Shown: positions 59,028-64,000 of the stretch, in pieces
Numbering within the stretch: the first letter of the stretch is position 1
How the letters are laid out: each line of letters begins with the position of its first letter
Assembly (NCBI GenBank): GCA_031267755.1
Contig: JAIRYP010000011.1
Location: forward strand, 761 to 64,760
Reading direction: 5' to 3'
Origin: Clostridiales bacterium
GTDB taxonomy: Bacteria; Bacillota; Clostridia; Monoglobales; JAIRYP01
Length of the DNA: 64,000 nt
Translations under genes and position numbers: made by a program
The notes under the pieces: model-generated
The model's database searches: none
Seen by the model: only the letters and a program-made list of their open reading frames with translations
What the model was told of the DNA's origin: nothing

Positions 59028-60557
59028 ATGAATGAAAAAATTGTTGTAATTGATTTTGGGGGACAATATAGTCAACTTATAGCAAGGCGAATTCGCGAAA
59101 ATCATGTTTATTCAATTATTTTACCACACTCTGTAAGTTTAAACGAAATCAATTCTCAATATCCATCTGGAATAATATTAACAGGGGGCGCAGATGATGT
59201 TTGGGAAAATGATTCTAAAAAAATATCATCTGAAATATTTAATTTAAATATACCAATACTTGGAATTTGTTACGGCGCCCAACTTATTTCCAAAATGTTT
59301 GGCGGAAGCGTTGTGCGTTCGAAAAATAAAGAATTTGGCCAAGTTCCAATAACATTACTTAATAGTGAAATATTTAATAATATTGAAAAAAGTAATATAT
59401 GCCTTATGAGTCATTCTAACGAAATTGAAACTTTGTCTTCGAATTTTAAAATAATTGCAAGTACCAAAAATTGTAAAATTGCTGCCTTTGAAAATTTTGA
59501 CAAAAAAATATTTGGCCTCCAATTTCATCCTGAAGTAGTTCACACGCCATTTGGAAACGAATTAATTAAAAATTTTTTGGTTGTTATATGTAAATGTAAA
59601 TGTGAATGGAACACAAAGAATTTTTTAGAAACTTGCATTAAAAATTTAAAAGAAAAAATTGGTAAAAAAAAAGTTTTGTGTGCGCTTTCAGGAGGTCTTG
59701 ATAGTACCGTCACAAGCATAATGCTACAAAAGGCTATAGGTGAACAACTTTATTGTATTTTTATTGATCATGGAATGATGCGCAAAAATGAAAAAGATTA
59801 TATTAAGAAAATATTTAAAAATAATTTTAAAATTAATTTAATAATAAAAGATGCTGAAGAAAGATTTTTGTCAAAATTGCGCAATGTTTTTCAAGCTGAA
59901 GAAAAAAGAAAAAAAATTGGCGAAGAATTTATAAAAATATTTGAGGAGGAAGCAATTAAACTTGGAGAAATTGATTTTCTAGCTCAGGGAACAATTTATC
60001 CAGACGTTATAGAGAGTGGATTAGGTAATTCTTCAATTATTAAAAGTCACCATAATGTCGGTGGAATTCCTAAAAATATAAAATTTAAAGAAATAATCGA
60101 GCCGTTGAAAATGCTTTTTAAAGATGAGGTAAGAGAGCTCGGCAATATACTTAATATTCCAAAAGAACTTCTTTTGCGGCAACCATTTCCTGGCCCAGGT
60201 TTTGCAGTACGTTCTATTGGAGAAATTACAAAAGAAAAGCTCAACATAGTTAAAGAAGCAAATAAAATTTTCGAAGAAGAAATTCAAAAATGTGAATTGA
60301 ATATAAAAATAAATCAATATTTTGCGATTGTTTTGGACACAAAAAGTGTCGGAGTAATGGGAGATTGTCGTACATATGAATATGTTGTTGTACTTAGAGC
60401 TGTTAAAACTTTGGATTTTATGACTGCAACCTGGGTGAAAATTCCGCATGAGATTTTGGACAAAATTTCAAGTCGAATCACAAACGAAGTTGATCATGTA
60501 AATAGAGTTGTATATGATATAACTTGTAAGCCTCCTGCAACTATTGAATGGGAATAA
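59028..60557 (+). CDS. guaA: GMP synthase (glutamine-hydrolysing)
   Basis: ORF 59016..60557. ATG 59028 lies 4 nt after GAGGAA and gives MNEKIVVIDFGGQYSQLIARRIRE. SGGLDS PP-loop. C-terminal PPATIEWE. Confidence 0.95.
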   Translation: MNEKIVVIDFGGQYSQLIARRIRENHVYSIILPHSVSLNEINSQYPSGIILTGGADDVWENDSKKISSEIFNLNIPILGICYGAQLISKMFGGSVVRSKNKEFGQVPITLLNSEIFNNIEKSNICLMSHSNEIETLSSNFKIIASTKNCKIAAFENFDKKIFGLQFHPEVVHTPFGNELIKNFLVVICKCKCEWNTKNFLETCIKNLKEKIGKKKVLCALSGGLDSTVTSIMLQKAIGEQLYCIFIDHGMMRKNEKDYIKKIFKNNFKINLIIKDAEERFLSKLRNVFQAEEKRKKIGEEFIKIFEEEAIKLGEIDFLAQGTIYPDVIESGLGNSSIIKSHHNVGGIPKNIKFKEIIEPLKMLFKDEVRELGNILNIPKELLLRQPFPGPGFAVRSIGEITKEKLNIVKEANKIFEEEIQKCELNIKINQYFAIVLDTKSVGVMGDCRTYEYVVVLRAVKTLDFMTATWVKIPHEILDKISSRITNEVDHVNRVVYDITCKPPATIEWE

Positions 60558-60629
60558 ACATACAAAAATAAACTTTTTATATTCTATTAAATTTTACTCA
60601 TTATTCAAAATATAAGAAATGGAGTTAAA

Positions 60630-61817
60630 GTGAAAATTAATAAAAATTATTTAAATTTGAAAGAAAATTATCTGTTTCTTACAATATCAAATAAAGTTAA
60701 AGAATATAAAAAAGAAAATCCTAAAAAAAAATTAATTAATCTTGGGATTGGTGATGTTACGCTTCCTTTGCCCAAAGCAGTAATCAAGGCAATGCACAAA
60801 GCCACAGATGAAATGTCAAACAAAACAACATTTAGAGGTTATGGAACTGAAAGGGGCTATACATTTTTAAGAGACACGATTGTAGACTATTACAATAAAA
60901 AAAATGTTTTTTTAAACAATGAAGAAGTATTTATAAGTGATGGAGCAAAAAGCGATTTAGGAAATATTTTAGATATTTTTTCAAAAGATAATAAAGTTTT
61001 GATTCCGGATCCAGTTTATCCTGTTTATGTAGACACAAATGTAATGGATGGAAGAGAAATAATATATGTAAACAACAATATCGAAAATAATTTTTTATCA
61101 ATGCCTGATCAAAATTTAAAATGCGATATTATTTATATGTGCTCACCAAACAACCCAACAGGAAATGTATACAACAAAGATGAACTTAAAATTTGGATAG
61201 AATATGCAAAAGAAAATAGAGCAATTTTATTGTTTGATTCAGCGTACGAAGGTTTTATACAAGAAAAATATTTACCAAGTAGTATTTATCAAATAGAAGG
61301 AGCAAAAGAATGTGCGATCGAATTTGGATCACTTTCTAAAACAGCAGGATTTACTGGAGTAAGATGCGGTTATACTATCATTCCCCACGAAATTTCATAC
61401 AACAACATTTCACTCAATGATTTATGGTTAAGACGTCAAACAACAAAATTCAATGGTGTTTCTTATATTACTCAACGAGGTGCTGAAGCAGTATTTACTG
61501 AAGATGGTTTAAAACAAACCAAAGAAAATATTTCTTACTATATGAAAAATGCAAAGATAATTTCAGATGTCCTAACAAAATTAGATATTTGGCACACTGG
61601 CGGTGAAAATTCTCCATACATTTGGTTTAAATGCCCCAAAAATATGAATTCATGGATTTTTTTTGATTATTTACTTAAAAATGCAAATGTTATCGGAACT
61701 CCTGGGGCAGGTTTTGGTTCAAATGGTAAAAATTTTTTTAGATTTAGTGCATTTTGCGACGAAGAAAGTGTTGTTGAAGCTCTAAATAAAATTAAAAATA
61801 TTAAAATCGATGCATAA
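60630..61817 (+). CDS. dapL: LL-diaminopimelate aminotransferase
   Basis: 395 aa. GTG start after GGAG. N-terminus KINKNYLNLKENYLF...INLGIGDVT and SLSKTAGFTG (PLP-Lys context) are typical of DapL. Confidence 0.8.
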   Translation: MKINKNYLNLKENYLFLTISNKVKEYKKENPKKKLINLGIGDVTLPLPKAVIKAMHKATDEMSNKTTFRGYGTERGYTFLRDTIVDYYNKKNVFLNNEEVFISDGAKSDLGNILDIFSKDNKVLIPDPVYPVYVDTNVMDGREIIYVNNNIENNFLSMPDQNLKCDIIYMCSPNNPTGNVYNKDELKIWIEYAKENRAILLFDSAYEGFIQEKYLPSSIYQIEGAKECAIEFGSLSKTAGFTGVRCGYTIIPHEISYNNISLNDLWLRRQTTKFNGVSYITQRGAEAVFTEDGLKQTKENISYYMKNAKIISDVLTKLDIWHTGGENSPYIWFKCPKNMNSWIFFDYLLKNANVIGTPGAGFGSNGKNFFRFSAFCDEESVVEALNKIKNIKIDA

Positions 61818-61904
61818 TCTCTTTAAACTAAATTTAATATTTATTTGACTATAATTATAAAATAGTTTTTTAATTCAAATATAAATAATCTCAGAAGAGG
61901 AAAA

Positions 61905-62807
61905 ATGAATCTCTTTCACAAAATAAAAAAAAGCTTTACAGAAACTCGAAATTTCATAAATAAAAAATTAAATAATTTATTCAATAACTTTAAAAAAATA
62001 GATAAAGAATTTTTTGAAGAATTAGAAGAAATTTTAATAGAAGCGGATTTAGGAGTTTACACATCGTCTAAAATAATTGAAAATTTAATACAATATACAA
62101 AAGATAAAAACATAAAAGATAGTGAAAAAATAAAAGAACTAATAAAAGAAATAATTCTAGAAATCATGCTCGAAAATATTGAAATTGAGGTTGAAAAATT
62201 TCCAAAAATTATAATGGTTGTTGGAGTGAATGGAGTTGGTAAAACTACAACAATTGGAAAACTTGCAAAATTTTATAAACAAAAAGAGAAAAAGATTTTG
62301 ATTTCAGCAGCTGATACATTTAGAGCTGCAGCAATTGACCAACTCAAAATTTGGGCTGAAAAAACCCAAACTGAAATCGTAAGCCACCTTGAAGGTTCTG
62401 ATCCTTCGAGTGTCATTTTTGATAGTATAAATTTCGCCAAAGCACGAAATGTTGATATTATAATATGTGATACTGCTGGAAGGCTCCATAATAAAAAAAA
62501 TCTTATGGAAGAACTCAAAAAAATGAAAAAAATAATCGAAAGAGAAGAAAATTTCTATAAAGAAATTCTTTTAGTAATCGATGCAACAACAGGCCAAAAT
62601 GGTGTAATTCAAGCAAAATACTTTAACGACGCGCTAAATGTTGACGGCGTCATTCTTACAAAAATTGACGGAACTGCCAAGGGAGGAATCACTATTTCAA
62701 TCAAAGATCAAATTGGTATTCCAGTGAAATATATCGGCATAGGAGAAAAAATTGACGATATATCTGAATTTGATGCAAAACAATTTATAGAAAATATTTT
62801 TAATTAA
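61905..62807 (+). CDS. ftsY: Signal recognition particle receptor FtsY (short form)
   Basis: 300 aa. GVNGVGKTTTIGKLA, DTAGRL and TKIDGTAKGG GTPase motifs. Confidence 0.95.
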   Translation: MNLFHKIKKSFTETRNFINKKLNNLFNNFKKIDKEFFEELEEILIEADLGVYTSSKIIENLIQYTKDKNIKDSEKIKELIKEIILEIMLENIEIEVEKFPKIIMVVGVNGVGKTTTIGKLAKFYKQKEKKILISAADTFRAAAIDQLKIWAEKTQTEIVSHLEGSDPSSVIFDSINFAKARNVDIIICDTAGRLHNKKNLMEELKKMKKIIEREENFYKEILLVIDATTGQNGVIQAKYFNDALNVDGVILTKIDGTAKGGITISIKDQIGIPVKYIGIGEKIDDISEFDAKQFIENIFN

Positions 62808-62986
62808 ATACATACAAAAATAGAAATTTATAATTTTTAATAAACTTTTATTTTTATGCGAAAAAATTTTCAAATTATTTCATCAAATAAGTGGATCTAA
62901 AAAAACTTTAAAATAAAAATTTAATTAATTATATTGTTGACAAACTTAAAAAATTGTAAAATTTCAACTAATTTAAAAACAATATT

Positions 62987-63014
62987 TTAACAATGATAAA
63001 TAAATTGTTATAGT
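62987..63014 (+). promoter_or_regulatory. Possible extended -10 promoter for tal/fsa
   Basis: TTAACA (62987-62992), 16-nt spacer ending in TGT, then TATAGT (63009-63014). About 28 nt upstream of the ATG. Confidence 0.3.
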
Positions 63015-63041
63015 AAATTATTTTCTACGAGAGGTAATGTT

Positions 63042-63686
63042 ATGAAATTTTTTGTTGATACAGCAAATTTAAACGAAATTGAATCAATAAATGAATTAGG
63101 AGTGGTAGAAGGTGTTACAACAAATCCAAGTTTAATTGCAAAAGAAGAAAAAAATTTTATGGAAATAATTGATGAAATTACTAAAACTATTGATGGTCCC
63201 ATAAGTGTAGAAGTAATTAGTTTAAAATCCGAAGAAATGATCGAAGAAGCTAAAAAGTTTGCAAAGTTACACAAAAACATAGTTATAAAAATTCCAATAT
63301 GTTATGAAGGTCTTAAAGCTATTAAAAAATTAAATTCTATTGGGATAAAAACAAATGCAACACTTATTTTTTCTTCTTCGCAAGCACTTTTGGCAGCACG
63401 TGCAGGCGCAACATACGTAAGTTTGTTTTTAGGAAGACTTGACGACATCGGAGTAAACAGTATTAAAATTTTGAAAGAAATTGTTATTATTTTTAATACA
63501 CATTGTATAGATTCTAAAATTATAGCGGCTAGTTTAAGACACCCAATGCACGTAATAAAGTCAGCAAAAGCTGGCGCACACATTGCAACGGTTCCTTACA
63601 AAATTTTGTTGGATATGTTAACACACCCATTAACCAAAAACGGTATTGAACAATTTTTGAAAGATTGGGAAGGTACAACCACGTAA
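63042..63686 (+). CDS. tal: Short transaldolase / fructose-6-phosphate aldolase family protein
   Basis: 214 aa. [13 protein letters not shown]...GVTTNPSL...VIKIP...TLIFS...[14 protein letters not shown]. Confidence 0.9.
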   Translation: MKFFVDTANLNEIESINELGVVEGVTTNPSLIAKEEKNFMEIIDEITKTIDGPISVEVISLKSEEMIEEAKKFAKLHKNIVIKIPICYEGLKAIKKLNSIGIKTNATLIFSSSQALLAARAGATYVSLFLGRLDDIGVNSIKILKEIVIIFNTHCIDSKIIAASLRHPMHVIKSAKAGAHIATVPYKILLDMLTHPLTKNGIEQFLKDWEGTTT

Positions 63687-63820
63687 AACATAAAGATTTT
63701 TACTCTAAGATTTTATATATGCATATATATCACTTTGTAATAATAACCAAAATTTTTCATAACGTTCAAATACTTAAAAAACATACGACACTCAATAAAC
63801 ATCAGTCACTTATAAAATTT

Positions 63821-64000
63821 TCACATAACATTGCAATTTTTGAACGCTTCTTTAGCATATTCAGTTCTGGTTAAACGTCTGGGTATTACTGGTGTTGTAG
63901 ATTGACGTTTCAAAGTTTTCTTTTTTGTGTCGTCTCCTTTAATTGAAACTATTTCTGACGCTGATGATTGGCGTCTAAGTGAATTGGAAAATTCACCATT
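63821..64000 (-). CDS. 3' end of an unidentified ORF entering from beyond the window
   Basis: Hand translation of the minus strand from 64000 gives 59 sense codons (…RRQSSASEIVSIKGDDTKKK…PRRLTRTEYAKEAFKNCNVM) and a TGA at 63821-63823. It is truncated and no family was recognised. Confidence 0.3.
   Translation of the reverse strand, partial: NGEFSNSLRRQSSASEIVSIKGDDTKKKTLKRQSTTPVIPRRLTRTEYAKEAFKNCNVM

Noticed and set aside
63714-63729. 16-bp perfect palindrome TATATATGCATATATA between convergent genes
   Set aside because: It is essentially an (AT)n-type low-complexity palindrome, expected by chance at this composition. At most it is a weak bidirectional terminator.
63665-63874. 69-aa plus-strand ORF after tal/fsa
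   Set aside because: It overlaps the tal 3' end and the convergent partial ORF. It has no SD and an odd His/Ile/Phe-rich composition.
1-64000. Scan for rRNA, tRNA, CRISPR arrays, transposases, integrases, phage genes or defence-system-sized unknown ORFs
   Set aside because: No GC-enriched structured-RNA-like islands occur in any intergenic region. I saw no regularly spaced direct repeats. Every ORF above about 160 aa has a confident housekeeping assignment.

Overview
Very AT-rich bacterial chromosomal window, roughly a quarter G+C in genes by eye and far lower between genes. It uses the standard genetic code, since all long ORFs are intact with TGA as stop. Gene content and order look like a low-GC Firmicute of clostridial type: MecA, a KOW ORF between map and infA, single-chain PurL, DapL and AdhE. 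The taxon is inference only.

Layout:
- 1-753: ORF-free AT-rich tract.
- 754-3434 (-): pstS-pstC-pstA without pstB.
- 3431-5176: small unknown ORFs and comEA.
- 5235-21332 (-): an essentially complete S10-spc-alpha ribosomal supercluster, rpsJ to rplQ, including secY, adk, map, infA, rpmJ and rpoA. rpmD is missing.
- 21472-64000: housekeeping and metabolic genes.
  - General: mecA, SLT transglycosylase, M18 aminopeptidase, GTP-PEPCK, a Vat-like acetyltransferase, adhE, valS, pgsA and uvrA.
  - Transport: a complete PF04392-type ABC importer, and an amino-acid ABC SBP plus permease without an ATPase.
  - Nucleotide and folate metabolism: purL-purE / purM-purN-purH, thyA, MTHFS and guaA.
  - Cell wall: LD-carboxypeptidase plus NlpC/P60, GT2, dapF, tagA-like, mltG and dapL.
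  - Other: two paralogous secreted unknowns, tatD, an O-methyltransferase, ftsY and tal/fsa.

I saw no rRNA, tRNA, CRISPR array, transposase, integrase or phage genes. I did not find a convincing novel multi-gene system, and this is mostly core genome.

Best leads:
- A tandem pair of overlapping paralogous secreted proteins, one Cys-rich with a His/Lys tail.
- A chromosomal Vat-family acetyltransferase translationally coupled to pckG.
- Two ABC importers lacking a cis ATPase, next to a 753-bp non-coding tract.
- Absence of rpmD.
- A Cys4 zinc-ribbon L24.
- Two strongly SD-led small ORFs coupled to pstS.

Several gene starts were re-placed by hand from SD spacing and N-terminal homology. Many ribosomal genes use GTG or TTG starts.
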